IMG/VR virus record: IMGVR_UViG_3300030380_002075
Coordinates: 1 to 56,030 of that record
DNA: 56,030 nucleotides
Direction: 5' to 3' (one strand)
From: a virus
Taxonomy: Duplodnaviria > Caudoviricetes
A program made the position numbers and the translations under genes. Within the stretch, counting starts at the first letter, position 1. Each line of letters starts with the position of its first letter. Shown piece after piece: positions 9,531 to 19,728 of this stretch. The notes beneath the pieces were generated by a model. That model was not told the DNA's origin. It worked only from the letters and a program-made list of their open reading frames with translations, and made no database searches.

Positions 9531-9953
9531 TTAATGTATCGTCACTTTTTCCGAAGGTCTCGCAACCCGTCCTAATTTTTTACCTCGTGCCATTCTCACA
9601 AACAAACCCTCACTTGCCAAGGTAGTGTGACAATCCAGATAGGACCGACACTTCTTTGCTATGTCACGCGCATTGTTATAAGGTGCAATAAAATCAATGA
9701 CATAAAGCTGTCCTTCAGTTTCGTCTGTTTCCCAATCCTCGGGTTGAATTTTCCGGCCCCCGTTAAGATAACCTTCTTCTGCTTCAGGCGTTAAAAAGGT
9801 GTAACTGAACAGCCCCACGGCTAAATCATCTTGATAACAAAGCACCAATCTTCCGTTGTTAATGGCAGGAAATACAAGACGTTCCATGTCGGTTTCACTG
9901 TAATCATAGTGCCAATCAGACATTTGCATCAAATCGAATACATCATCGATCAC
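9531..9953 (-). CDS. HlyC-like RTX toxin-activating lysine acyltransferase
   Basis: SDWH (cf. SxxH), PAI, VGLFSYTFLTPEAEEGYL, IQPEDW, LYVIDFIAPY (cf. WFIDWIAPF). Confidence 0.8.
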   Translation of the reverse strand: MIDDVFDLMQMSDWHYDYSETDMERLVFPAINNGRLVLCYQDDLAVGLFSYTFLTPEAEEGYLNGGRKIQPEDWETDETEGQLYVIDFIAPYNNARDIAKKCRSYLDCHTTLASEGLFVRMARGKKLGRVARPSEKVTIH

Positions 9954-12900
9954 GAAAACAGGCTTCCAATGCCGCCTCTGCCGCCAGCCGCTTGTAAAAG
10001 TGGATCATTAGGAAACATAGCCGCTAACTGCTCACGTTGTTGCGGGTTCGCTTCACCTTGTGGCTGTACAGGAGCCGGTGCGGGAGCCGCGGGCCGTGGT
10101 TGGATGACCGTCGGTGTTGGTTGTGCGAACCGCTGTGCCATCAGATTCTGTTGTGGTGCTTGGACCGATGCTTGTGGTTCTGGGGCAGGAGCTTCTTCTG
10201 TTTCTTCCGGGGGAGCAGGGACAGGTTCTTCTCCTAATGCTCTTTGAACGTAAGGCAATCGACGTCCTACCTGTGTAGCTCCGCCCCCTAAAGCTTTATT
10301 TATTGCAGAAAATGTATTTTCTGCGTCTTTTTCGTCTTTGATGGTTTTTAACATAAGCGCCATAAGACGAGAATTTTTCATCATTTCAACCATATAGTCG
10401 ATTTTTGTAGACTCTGGCCCGCGAAGAATTAAGTCTTGAGCAATGGTAGAACCTTTTTGAGCCGCTACCATTCCTCCTCCGATTCCTCCCCCGGTAGTCC
10501 CCAAGCCCAATCGTTGTAACAACTTGTTCAAAGTTTCCTGCATCTTTTGTCCGCCGGTTGCACCGAACATTGCAACCATCAGCGATTTAGATGGAGTCGG
10601 ATTTTGAAACAAAATTCTTTCAAGATTTCCTTCAAAAAAAGCGGTTTCTACATCGATCATTTGAGATAGGTTTTGTTCCAATAACTTAATTTCATTTTCT
10701 GTCATCAAATTATTTTTCTTCATCCAATCGACTAAGATAAAATTTTCGTTAGGGCTTGTTCCTTTTACTCTCGTAAACAAAATGTCGGACATTCTTTTTG
10801 GACTGAAACTAAACCCTGTTCCGCCACTGGCCGTAACCGCGTAGTCAAAAACCGCTGTTTTCAATCCGCTAAGGGCTTCTTCTTGAGTAAATGTTTGACC
10901 AGTTACCGGGTTTTCAAACGTATCTTGGGACTTTGCTAATCTTAATAATTCGTTCAATCCGCCCGTCGGTTTTAATACGCGGTTCCCACTTTGAGGATCT
11001 AATGCTCGAATAGATAGAGCTGTAGCAATTGCCTTTGAAGGACTTTCCGCATTTTCAAGCACAGCCTTAAAAGCTAACGTTGGTAAATACTTTTCTGAAT
11101 CTGTTCCACGAATTAAAGTGGTGTTTACTAAACGTTGAGCAGATTCAAGATCGGCTAAATCAAGCGCAAGACTAGGAAAAATTCTGAAAACTGCTTGTGT
11201 TTCCGGCAAAGCTTTGTAGCTGTCCAGCTTGCCTTGATTAACTACAAAAGAAACTTTCCCGGTTTCTGGGTCTGTTTTACGAGTGACAATATTTTTACGA
11301 ACATCACGGATTAGCTTTTCCATTGTGTCCATAATGGTTTCAGCTTCATCTACAACAACTTTTTCGCCTTCAAACTCTTTTTGCATAAACAACTTTGCGG
11401 CTTGCATTTCATTAAGTCGTTGTAAAACAGGGTTTTCTCCACCTTGAAATAACCGGTGAACAAAAGACTCCGGATCTATTCGCAGATCTCTGGTTCTTCC
11501 GTCAAAAGTTTGTACTTCACCAAGAATACCTTCATTCCACACACGATTTCTTGCTCTCGTGTAAGATCTAGCTGTGTTATAAGCTTTAACCGCCGCTTCC
11601 GTACCTGTTTCCGCCATAATATCAGAAGGCATACCTGTTAAATCCTGAGTAATTGACGCGCCAAGTAAGTCTAAGTTACCGGCTAAATAGCTATCTCCGC
11701 TTGCTCGCGCTTTAGAAGCTTGATCTAAAACATGACTTCTTAACTCAAATAATCGGTCATAGTTTAAGGGAGCGCCATCTACGCCTTGAGGCATAAGAGC
11801 TGAACCTCTTGACGAATCCATTCTTGCAACAAGCATGTCCGCCTGTTTGTTAAGAGCATCTGCGTAACGTTTAGTTGCAGGAGTTGCAAGCTTGCCGCTG
11901 TATTTTGCGGCTTCTTCTCTTAAAAGACGAATAGGGTCATCTGTCTGCGGTACGCCTTTAAGATCAATTTGGTTGTCGGAAATAAACTTTAAAAACTGAT
12001 CCCCATAATTCGTTCCACGAATTTTACGCGCCGCAATTTCAGCGGCTTTAATTTCTGGAGCTTGCTTAGTAACAGTTCGTCCAATATAAAAATTAAGAAT
12101 TTCTTGAACATCTTCAGCGTAAGTGCCAAGGGCTTTCATAATTTCGCCCGTGCCACCTTTGTTAGAAAACTTCAATCCGCCATCATCACGAGGAATATCA
12201 AATATTTCGACCATGTTTGGCCGATTTAGTTCCGATCCATCTTTGTCAAAAAACCGCGTTACTGGATAGTTACGAATTTGTCCCCATAGTTCTTTTTCTC
12301 TTTTCTTACTAATATTTAGCTGATTGATTAGAGTTTTGTAGAGCTGTTCTCCATATTCAAGCCTTCGAGATACATCAGGAGCCTCTTTATCTTGATCCCC
12401 AAAAACTCGTCCAAAGGCAGAAGTCAATCGTGTAGTTGCGGCTTCTACGTTATTGAAAATATTTTCTTCAAACAACTTTTGTTGAATCAAAGCCGCTGTT
12501 GTCATAGCTTCTGGAGATCCTTCCTTTGTCAAAGCCATTATTGCCGCTTTAGAAGCCTGTATATAAACTTCTCGGCCATCTTTACTAGCCAAGGCAAGCT
12601 CTTGATGACTTTGTGCAAGCTCTTGTTCAATTATTCCGAGCGTCCTTGCCAAAGGTAGCCCGGAAGCTTGCGCTAAAGATGCCGCGGTTATGGGTATTAT
12701 TTCACCGGTTTGTGGATCAATCGCTCCTGCCTCAAACGCTTTAATTAAAACGTCCAGAGGAGTTCCTTCGACATACCCTTGCGATTTTAAAGAGTTTGCC
12801 TGTTCTATAAGATCTGGAGCATCTTGTGCAATGACTTGAAAATCTCCAGTTTCGTCATTTAGATAGAACACCCCCGGAGCCTCTTTGGGAATTCTTTCAT

Positions 12901-14281
12901 CCAAAGCATTAAAAATTCTTCGTGCCGCATCTTTTTTCATGCGACCTTCTAAAATTCCTTTTCTTTCCCCGGTGTAATACTCTGTAATGACTCGTTTTGC
13001 CGCTCTTAACCCTGCTGGTACAGATTCCATAAGGGGTCTAGCAATCAAAGGAGGTAAGGCCGCACCCGCAACCTCCATTAATAATCGAGGTCCGGTTTCT
13101 CCCGGAAAAAGGTTTTCAGATACATACGCTAAACTAGCGGCACCGCCTGCCGCAGTTGTTTCAAACCCAATGAAAGGGATCGGGTTTTTTCGTGCCGCTT
13201 GCATACTGGTTCCAACGCCTTTTTCGATGCCACCATAAGCGCGCATCCAAGCAGGTCCCTTTGTTGGATCAATCAGTTGCCCAGTCGGGCTGAATCGAGT
13301 TATGCCTAAGTTTAGTCCCGGTCCTGTTTTAGAAAACATTGTTTGAACACCGCCGGCTCTTTCAAGTTCTAAAGCTCGACGAAATTGTTTTGTTGTTAAT
13401 CCAAGCTCCTTTGCCGCAGATTCAATTGCTTTATCTGATAATCCTTTAAACTTTTCCCCTCGGGCAACCTTTGAAAAACCATCTAAAAATTGAACTGCAC
13501 CAGTTCCACCTTTTTCGACAGCTTTTCTGCTCCAAATGAGGGGACTTGCTAATGCCGACATACCGTAAGTTAAAGTTTCGCCGAAATTGTTTGAAGCTTG
13601 AAGAGATGGAATAACAGCATAATCTTCCCCAAAAACAGCCTCACTTCCCGCTTTGCCCGCTTCTTGTAAAGTCAAAGACCCTAATACTCCACCCGTCAAG
13701 TAGACTAAGCCTCTTCCGAAAATACCGGCAGGAGTGCTTGGCGGAATAAGATTAGCAATAGGAGCCGCCGCACGAATTCCTCCAACAAAGCCTGTAGTAG
13801 CGCCCGCGGCGGGCAATGCAGTTCTTTTTACTCGTTCTATAATTGCTTGGTATCCAGCTCCTTCACGACCTTCTTCGGTATACTTCCCAAAGTCTTCCAC
13901 GTTTGTAAACAAAGGTAAAAAAGCTTCGTCGTTTGAAAATATAGTTGCGCGTTGCTCTGAAGATAAATCTTTGTATCCGGGAAGCTGATCTAAGAGTGGA
14001 GCAGTTCCGTCTTTTATTGTTTCATAACTAAACAAGCCGGGGCGTTGCTCTGCGGCACTATCTACAATTCCAGTGACAACGTTTTTTAAGCCTAAATCGC
14101 GTATGGCCGCTTCAAAATTTTGAGGAGTAAAGGTATAGCTGTATAAAGAACTTTGACCCCCTGTTGCCGCAGGTACGAGCGCCGGCATGGAATCTGTGAC
14201 AGGTACTGGTGCATCCGATACTGGTGTATCAGGTATTACATCTACAACCATTCCAGCTTTTTCTAACTCTGTCTCAGCCAT
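9950..14281 (-). CDS. Large internal virion / ejection protein
   Basis: 1443 aa, Ala/Gly-rich hydrophobic segments, Pro/Gln-rich tail ending GGIGSLFS; typical podovirus position. Confidence 0.7.
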   Translation of the reverse strand: MAETELEKAGMVVDVIPDTPVSDAPVPVTDSMPALVPAATGGQSSLYSYTFTPQNFEAAIRDLGLKNVVTGIVDSAAEQRPGLFSYETIKDGTAPLLDQLPGYKDLSSEQRATIFSNDEAFLPLFTNVEDFGKYTEEGREGAGYQAIIERVKRTALPAAGATTGFVGGIRAAAPIANLIPPSTPAGIFGRGLVYLTGGVLGSLTLQEAGKAGSEAVFGEDYAVIPSLQASNNFGETLTYGMSALASPLIWSRKAVEKGGTGAVQFLDGFSKVARGEKFKGLSDKAIESAAKELGLTTKQFRRALELERAGGVQTMFSKTGPGLNLGITRFSPTGQLIDPTKGPAWMRAYGGIEKGVGTSMQAARKNPIPFIGFETTAAGGAASLAYVSENLFPGETGPRLLMEVAGAALPPLIARPLMESVPAGLRAAKRVITEYYTGERKGILEGRMKKDAARRIFNALDERIPKEAPGVFYLNDETGDFQVIAQDAPDLIEQANSLKSQGYVEGTPLDVLIKAFEAGAIDPQTGEIIPITAASLAQASGLPLARTLGIIEQELAQSHQELALASKDGREVYIQASKAAIMALTKEGSPEAMTTAALIQQKLFEENIFNNVEAATTRLTSAFGRVFGDQDKEAPDVSRRLEYGEQLYKTLINQLNISKKREKELWGQIRNYPVTRFFDKDGSELNRPNMVEIFDIPRDDGGLKFSNKGGTGEIMKALGTYAEDVQEILNFYIGRTVTKQAPEIKAAEIAARKIRGTNYGDQFLKFISDNQIDLKGVPQTDDPIRLLREEAAKYSGKLATPATKRYADALNKQADMLVARMDSSRGSALMPQGVDGAPLNYDRLFELRSHVLDQASKARASGDSYLAGNLDLLGASITQDLTGMPSDIMAETGTEAAVKAYNTARSYTRARNRVWNEGILGEVQTFDGRTRDLRIDPESFVHRLFQGGENPVLQRLNEMQAAKLFMQKEFEGEKVVVDEAETIMDTMEKLIRDVRKNIVTRKTDPETGKVSFVVNQGKLDSYKALPETQAVFRIFPSLALDLADLESAQRLVNTTLIRGTDSEKYLPTLAFKAVLENAESPSKAIATALSIRALDPQSGNRVLKPTGGLNELLRLAKSQDTFENPVTGQTFTQEEALSGLKTAVFDYAVTASGGTGFSFSPKRMSDILFTRVKGTSPNENFILVDWMKKNNLMTENEIKLLEQNLSQMIDVETAFFEGNLERILFQNPTPSKSLMVAMFGATGGQKMQETLNKLLQRLGLGTTGGGIGGGMVAAQKGSTIAQDLILRGPESTKIDYMVEMMKNSRLMALMLKTIKDEKDAENTFSAINKALGGGATQVGRRLPYVQRALGEEPVPAPPEETEEAPAPEPQASVQAPQQNLMAQRFAQPTPTVIQPRPAAPAPAPVQPQGEANPQQREQLAAMFPNDPLLQAAGGRGGIGSLFS

Positions 14282-14283
14282 GA

Positions 14284-16062
14284 CTACTGCCCCTCTAAGG
14301 TCGGTGCTTGTCCACTAAGATACTTAAAAACCATTTGTCGAGCCTGATTTCTATCTACTGCTTTTACTCCGCCAGAAAGACCCTCAAGGTATGTTCTGTA
14401 TGAATCTTCAAAAGCGGTAAGCTCGCCCATAATAGAGGTCAACTTGTTCATGTTAAGTCGAGTTTTAGTAATTTGAGACTCGGTATATCCGCTAGGGTCT
14501 CCGCCATACTCCGGTAAAACACGAGCCCCGTTGGCCCAAGCTTTACCGTAAGCTTTTCTTAAAGTGGACAGAGTGCCTAAAGCTTTTTCGTCCGAAGTAA
14601 ACAGACCCGGAGTTAACTTTTCTACGTCTTCTACAATCATTTCTTGAACAAATTTAAGAACACGATCATCAGACAAGTTCGTCATTTCAAGCATCAAAGT
14701 GTTTCTAAGGTTGATTAAGTCTCTGTCGGCTTGAACAATTTCACGCCCCTCTTCGCTAATCGGAGCGGATCCTGCAACTTCTCGTAAATTTTCGCTAAAG
14801 TAATTAGAAAGGCGCCGAAAAGCTTCACCAATACCCGTTGCTCGTTGATAACGAATTTTTGAATCAAACAAGGTTGTTGGAACACGTCTCCAATTTGGAG
14901 AATCTAAGTTGATTGATCCATCTGGATTCTTTAATGTTTCGTTAAACGGAGGTGTTCCAATTTCAAATTCAGTTTCCACTGAATCCGCCGTCGCGGCAAC
15001 TTGCGGGTTGGTGTTTTGAATTAGTTCAGCGCCAGACATTACAGGAACAGTTAGTCCTCGCGATTTTCGCAAATCAATTAATTGTTTAATTTCTGAAGTA
15101 AGCGGCAAACCCGGAACTTTTACATTTTTACCTAGCGTTTCGTCAAACGCCACTTTGCTAGCTATCAGCTCACCGATTTTTCCGTTAATTTCTGAAGTTA
15201 ACGTAGGATTTAAAGTGCCTTCTGCATAAGCTTTTGCATTTGCCGGATCCCCTAAAAGATTGAACAAAATGCTTGAGTCATCCTTACCAAACGCTGGTTC
15301 AATAGTATTGTCCGCTGTCAAAGAAGCTTTCCCACCCGGAACGTAGCCTTTTGACTTTAATTGATCGTGACGAGCTTTATCCTTTGGATTATTCAAATCT
15401 AAATAAACCGCGGTTTCCGCAGGACTTGTTGCATCTGGATCAACTAATGTAACGTAGCCTTTGGTCGGAGAATCATCGGCAGGGGGTGTTCCAACTTTAT
15501 AGGGCTGTCCTCCGGGAAATTGAGCCTGAATATTTTGTAGCTGTCTTCTTCCAAGCTGGCTCTTAACGTTGAAAGGACCATAAGTTTGCCCATCTACTTC
15601 GTAAATCATCGGCTCATATTCTTTGCCTTGCTTTAACAAAGCTTCTCGATAATCAGCCGCCGCTTTTTGCTTCGCCGACAGCGAGCTTTCCGCCGACTGC
15701 AACGCCGCCAGATCAAATTTTTGTTGTTGCTCATTCTGAGCCGCGGTCCGTGCCGCGATTGTCGGGAACAGCTTGGTTTCTAGCGCCGCCTCTGCCAAAC
15801 GCTCGGCAGGAGACATGCCCGGACGAGAGCCGGCTGTACTAAAGGCTAGTGCGGTATTGGCAATATCAAACAGCATCTGCGCTTGCGTCTGTTTTTTCTG
15901 TGCTTCTGGATCGCCCAAAATGCCGCGGTAAGTTTCACGACGGTCTTTAAATTCCTGCTGAAGTGTAGGAACAGTAGGAATCTGTGGCATCAAAGAACCT
16001 ACGCCCCGCCTACTTTGAAACGCTTCGGGTTTAAACCTTAACAATGCCGGAAGTTCCGCCAC
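14284..16062 (-). CDS. Internal virion / ejection protein
   Basis: 592 aa, helical Gln/Ala-rich N-terminus, operon context. Confidence 0.65.
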   Translation of the reverse strand: MAELPALLRFKPEAFQSRRGVGSLMPQIPTVPTLQQEFKDRRETYRGILGDPEAQKKQTQAQMLFDIANTALAFSTAGSRPGMSPAERLAEAALETKLFPTIAARTAAQNEQQQKFDLAALQSAESSLSAKQKAAADYREALLKQGKEYEPMIYEVDGQTYGPFNVKSQLGRRQLQNIQAQFPGGQPYKVGTPPADDSPTKGYVTLVDPDATSPAETAVYLDLNNPKDKARHDQLKSKGYVPGGKASLTADNTIEPAFGKDDSSILFNLLGDPANAKAYAEGTLNPTLTSEINGKIGELIASKVAFDETLGKNVKVPGLPLTSEIKQLIDLRKSRGLTVPVMSGAELIQNTNPQVAATADSVETEFEIGTPPFNETLKNPDGSINLDSPNWRRVPTTLFDSKIRYQRATGIGEAFRRLSNYFSENLREVAGSAPISEEGREIVQADRDLINLRNTLMLEMTNLSDDRVLKFVQEMIVEDVEKLTPGLFTSDEKALGTLSTLRKAYGKAWANGARVLPEYGGDPSGYTESQITKTRLNMNKLTSIMGELTAFEDSYRTYLEGLSGGVKAVDRNQARQMVFKYLSGQAPTLEGQ

Positions 16063-16063
16063 A

Positions 16064-16630
16064 TTAGCCTCCCATCATCGACATGATACCGCCGGCCATA
16101 TCACCCTGTACCGGCTGTTGCATCTCTTGCTCTGCAAGTCCGCCAATACCCTGATCGACCATCGACATCTGTACAACAGGCTGTACCAGTGCCAGTACAG
16201 ATTCAGGAGTTTGTGCGGCGTCTTCTTCTCCAACAAGAGTGGCAAGTTCGGCGCGGCGTTGCTCAACAGTTGCGTCGTCACCGCGAACGGAGTTCATCAT
16301 TGTCTCAAAGTCTTCGGCTTGTTCTGGATCACCGATTTCAGGGGCGACTTCAGATAGCATTTGCTCAACAGTTTCTTGGTCTACCTCGCCAACACCCATG
16401 TCTTCCATACCCATAGCAGGACCGGGGTCCGCGGGAGCCTGTTCTAGGGCCGCGATTCCGGCAGGTGGGGCCATTGTCGGCTCACCGCCCATTTGCATTT
16501 TTTTAAGATCAACCCCGCGACCCATCAAAATGTCCGCTTGAGTAATTTCGCCATCTTTGTTCATGTCTGGAAAACCTGCGGCTCCGCCTTTAGCAAACAT
16601 CTGTCGTTGCATTACACCTCTGTTCATCAT
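16064..16630 (-). CDS. Acidic virion-associated protein with EF-hand-like loop
   Basis: FPDMNKDGEITQAD; MFAKGG motif. Confidence 0.65.
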   Translation of the reverse strand: MMNRGVMQRQMFAKGGAAGFPDMNKDGEITQADILMGRGVDLKKMQMGGEPTMAPPAGIAALEQAPADPGPAMGMEDMGVGEVDQETVEQMLSEVAPEIGDPEQAEDFETMMNSVRGDDATVEQRRAELATLVGEEDAAQTPESVLALVQPVVQMSMVDQGIGGLAEQEMQQPVQGDMAGGIMSMMGG

Positions 16631-17445
16631 CCGAATAACCCTGCCCTGTTTGCGCCTGCCGCCGCTGACAGACCCGCAATACCCAGACCAAGATACTGCT
16701 GTGCCGGAGAGACACTGGGTGCTGTAGAAGAAGCAATAGTTTGCTGTGTTGATGGTGCGCCTTTATAAATGTCAGATAAAAACGCGTACCGCTGATATGG
16801 TTCGTACAGTTGAGCGAGGTCGCTCTGACGTTGCGCCTCAAGCTCTGCTTGCTGTTGTGCCTGCTGACGTTGACCCATGTCGAAGGCAAACTGCGCTTCT
16901 TGCTGGCCAAGCTGTTGGCCCAACTGTCCAAGACTTGCCTGACGCAGACCTAGAGTTCCAAGCTGTTCTGCGGCTGTTTGTGCCGCTCGCTGTGCCTGTA
17001 GGAAGTTCTGCGCTTGCGATTGAGCAAGGGCCGCGGCCCGATTACGATCAATCTCGCTTTGTGCTACTTGGGCTCTGGAACCGCCAAAAGCTCCCGCTCC
17101 TACCGATTGACCTGCCGCCTGATTCTGCTGAATGTCAAAAGCCCTGTTGATCTCGGACTGCACCGCGTCTTGATAGGGATTCATGTATTCTGTGACAGCA
17201 CCGGGTTGTATGGCTCGCAGTGCATCGCCCATCGTGTAACCAGCTTGTTCCAAAAACGGCGTAAACCCTCCAATACCCTGTGCCGCAAGTTGCCCAGCTT
17301 GTTGTTGCAAAGCAGACTGTCCTGCCACCTGTTGTACAGGTAGGTTAATTGGTACATCAGCAAGAGCCTTAGCATCTTCAAGAAGTCCTAGCTTATAGGC
17401 TTCAATTTCGGGAGCTTCGCGGACTATCTGCTCGGTTACACTCAT
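16627..17445 (-). CDS. Gln-rich pilot / ejection protein
   Basis: YMNPY..AGAFGGSR motif; C-terminal Gly/Ala hydrophobic segment. Confidence 0.7.
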   Translation of the reverse strand: MSVTEQIVREAPEIEAYKLGLLEDAKALADVPINLPVQQVAGQSALQQQAGQLAAQGIGGFTPFLEQAGYTMGDALRAIQPGAVTEYMNPYQDAVQSEINRAFDIQQNQAAGQSVGAGAFGGSRAQVAQSEIDRNRAAALAQSQAQNFLQAQRAAQTAAEQLGTLGLRQASLGQLGQQLGQQEAQFAFDMGQRQQAQQQAELEAQRQSDLAQLYEPYQRYAFLSDIYKGAPSTQQTIASSTAPSVSPAQQYLGLGIAGLSAAAGANRAGLFG

Positions 17446-19247
17446 GACATCATTTGTCCTTTGTTTTCGAGATTACGCATCATTGAATACATATTGTTGA
17501 TACCCCGCGTCATATTGCCATTACCGAGTCCCTTGACCGCTTTCTTTGTCATTACAAACTCACCGGGCATCAACAGAGCGCGGACGCTGTCCTCGTCGGG
17601 TACACCTTCGTTAGGCATGATTCCGCCAGTTCGACGTGGGAAAACTTGTCCACCGTCCTCCGCGTACATTTCTGGTCGCACAAATGGATTACGCATTTGT
17701 GGAGGTAAAGAAGGGGGAGAGAAAGGACCGTAGTTGGTGCCTACCGTAAACGGGCCTTGTGCAAGAGAGGGTGTTCTTGCTTCTGGAGACAGCCTATATT
17801 GCTCCGGATTCTCTGCCAAAAGGTCTGCCCCTGTGCGCTCATTGACAAGGTTTGGCTCTTCTACGGGAGTCGGTTCAAAGAAACCACCCAACGCGGCGGC
17901 ACCTGTGCCTGCTACGGCTAGTGGTCCGTAACGCTCTATAAAGCCCGGAGTTGCTTTTGCAACATTTTCTTGAGCTATTTTAAGAGCAACATCGTCAGTA
18001 TATCCTAGCCCTTTTAATCGAGTTACTTCTGCCTCAAGACCGGGAACAGTGTCTGGAACACGAGGATCAAAAAAGTCTAGTACGTTTTGCCCAGTTTCTT
18101 TTAATGAATCTACAAAACCAGAACTAGCCTCGGCGGTGCCTACAGGAACTAGGTTACCTCCTGCATCCAACGTCAGTCCTGCACCGGGATCAACTACAGG
18201 GGTTGCTCCTGCACCCGAAGCGTAAGCCGCCGAAGTATCTACATAACCGGGGGCCCCTTTAGCAAATTGCTCGACTCCTGTTAAATCTCCAGTAGGAGCC
18301 ATAACAAGCTCGCCCGCGCTGTTTAACTTCATGTTTGCGCCGGGATCGACAGCGGTAGGAGAGTAAGTAACGTCTGTCGCTGACGCAATTTCTTGTCCCG
18401 GCGTGACCGGAACGTCTGAAGATGCCACATTCTGTATAGTTTCTGCCGCAGGTGTTTGATAAGCCGTACCACCTTCGGCAGTTGGACCTTGCGACATATT
18501 TTTCATAGAGAACCCTGAAAAGTCCCCAGTTGCCGCTTTTCCAATGCTTTCGATACCTGCCGAAACATTGCCGAGTTTAGCGGCATTTTTCATACCGCCC
18601 ATAAAAGTACCACCACTAAATTTAGACGAAAGACCCGCAGAAACAGCGCCCATTGCTCCCGCAGTCAGAGCAGATTTTAAAGCGTCCTTTATGTTGCCGC
18701 CTTGTATGAGAGTTCCAATCCCTGAACCAAAAGCGGCACCATACATGGGACCAAAAGCGGCAGTTCCTACAACAGTAAGCACTGCCGGAGCAATCTTCTT
18801 AAGTACCTTGCCGACCTTACTAACTGCTTTACTTACGCTTTTACCAATCTTGGAAACAGCCCGTCGAATTGATTTGAAGAAAAACTCAGGCAATCCGGTG
18901 TCCGGGTTGATTGAGTTCTCACCAGAACCAACGACGTACCGCTCGGGGTTCTCAATGCCCATCTCGCGAAGGTGCCCAAAAATAGACTCTTTGAGTTCTG
19001 GATTACCTTCGATCAAGGCCCGTGGTACGAGAAGCTCGCCTGTCTCAACGTGCGCTACTTTATCGTCGCCATAACGACCATAAGAAGCCATGCGCTTCGC
19101 AACATCTTCAAAGTTAGCAATACCCGCAGACCCAAACGCCTCTTTCGCTTCTTCTTTTTCAAGGTCTGCGATTTCTTCGGCGGTCATTATAAAATCGGCA
19201 ATCCCGCCGGCTGGTACTTCTTCTTCTATCAGTTGCGCTTGTGCCAT
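17442..19247 (-). CDS. Internal virion protein with two tape-measure-like GE[FL][VL] modules
   Basis: DDKVAHVETGELLVP..INPDTGLPEFF and DSVRALLMPGEFVMTKKAV; hydrophobic Gly/Ala segments. Confidence 0.7.
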   Translation of the reverse strand: MAQAQLIEEEVPAGGIADFIMTAEEIADLEKEEAKEAFGSAGIANFEDVAKRMASYGRYGDDKVAHVETGELLVPRALIEGNPELKESIFGHLREMGIENPERYVVGSGENSINPDTGLPEFFFKSIRRAVSKIGKSVSKAVSKVGKVLKKIAPAVLTVVGTAAFGPMYGAAFGSGIGTLIQGGNIKDALKSALTAGAMGAVSAGLSSKFSGGTFMGGMKNAAKLGNVSAGIESIGKAATGDFSGFSMKNMSQGPTAEGGTAYQTPAAETIQNVASSDVPVTPGQEIASATDVTYSPTAVDPGANMKLNSAGELVMAPTGDLTGVEQFAKGAPGYVDTSAAYASGAGATPVVDPGAGLTLDAGGNLVPVGTAEASSGFVDSLKETGQNVLDFFDPRVPDTVPGLEAEVTRLKGLGYTDDVALKIAQENVAKATPGFIERYGPLAVAGTGAAALGGFFEPTPVEEPNLVNERTGADLLAENPEQYRLSPEARTPSLAQGPFTVGTNYGPFSPPSLPPQMRNPFVRPEMYAEDGGQVFPRRTGGIMPNEGVPDEDSVRALLMPGEFVMTKKAVKGLGNGNMTRGINNMYSMMRNLENKGQMMS

Positions 19248-19432
19248 TATTGAGTAGCTCCGCTTGCACTAGGTACTGTTACTTCAATCATTGTACTGCG
19301 TTTCTCAGATCCGGTCCAAGAATTACCGCATTCTGGACATTTACCTTCAGGATAGCTTGCTATCTCTTCAGGAGTGTTTACCTCGTTCGGACATGACGCA
19401 CAATGAACAGTGTCTTCAGCTTTTGCAGTCAT
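19247..19432 (-). CDS. Small zinc-ribbon protein
   Basis: CASC...CPECG; TAATG and ATGA coupling. Confidence 0.75.
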   Translation of the reverse strand: MTAKAEDTVHCASCPNEVNTPEEIASYPEGKCPECGNSWTGSEKRSTMIEVTVPSASGATQ

Positions 19433-19728
19433 TCTATACTCACCTCTACTTGACCTAAATTAGTTGTTGCTCCGACACCTGCTACATGTGGTCGGTTTGC
19501 CTGACTTATCTTTAGTATACCGTCTACCTCAAAAACTGCTCCCACTTCAAGTCCTACGTCGTTACCTTCTTGTAAAGTAGTAAGTGTAAGGTTCGTGTGC
19601 CGCGTTTCGCCGGGGTTTTGTACTTGCTCAAGAAAGATGGAAAAGGCTCGAACAATCTGATCCTGATACTCTTGGTTGTAGCTGACCGGAGCTTGCGGAA
19701 AGAACGGGCGTATTAAACCTCTGCTCAT
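19429..19728 (-). CDS. Small tail-associated protein
   Basis: P.AP..YNQEY pattern; directly follows the nozzle gene. Confidence 0.6.
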   Translation of the reverse strand: MSRGLIRPFFPQAPVSYNQEYQDQIVRAFSIFLEQVQNPGETRHTNLTLTTLQEGNDVGLEVGAVFEVDGILKISQANRPHVAGVGATTNLGQVEVSIE

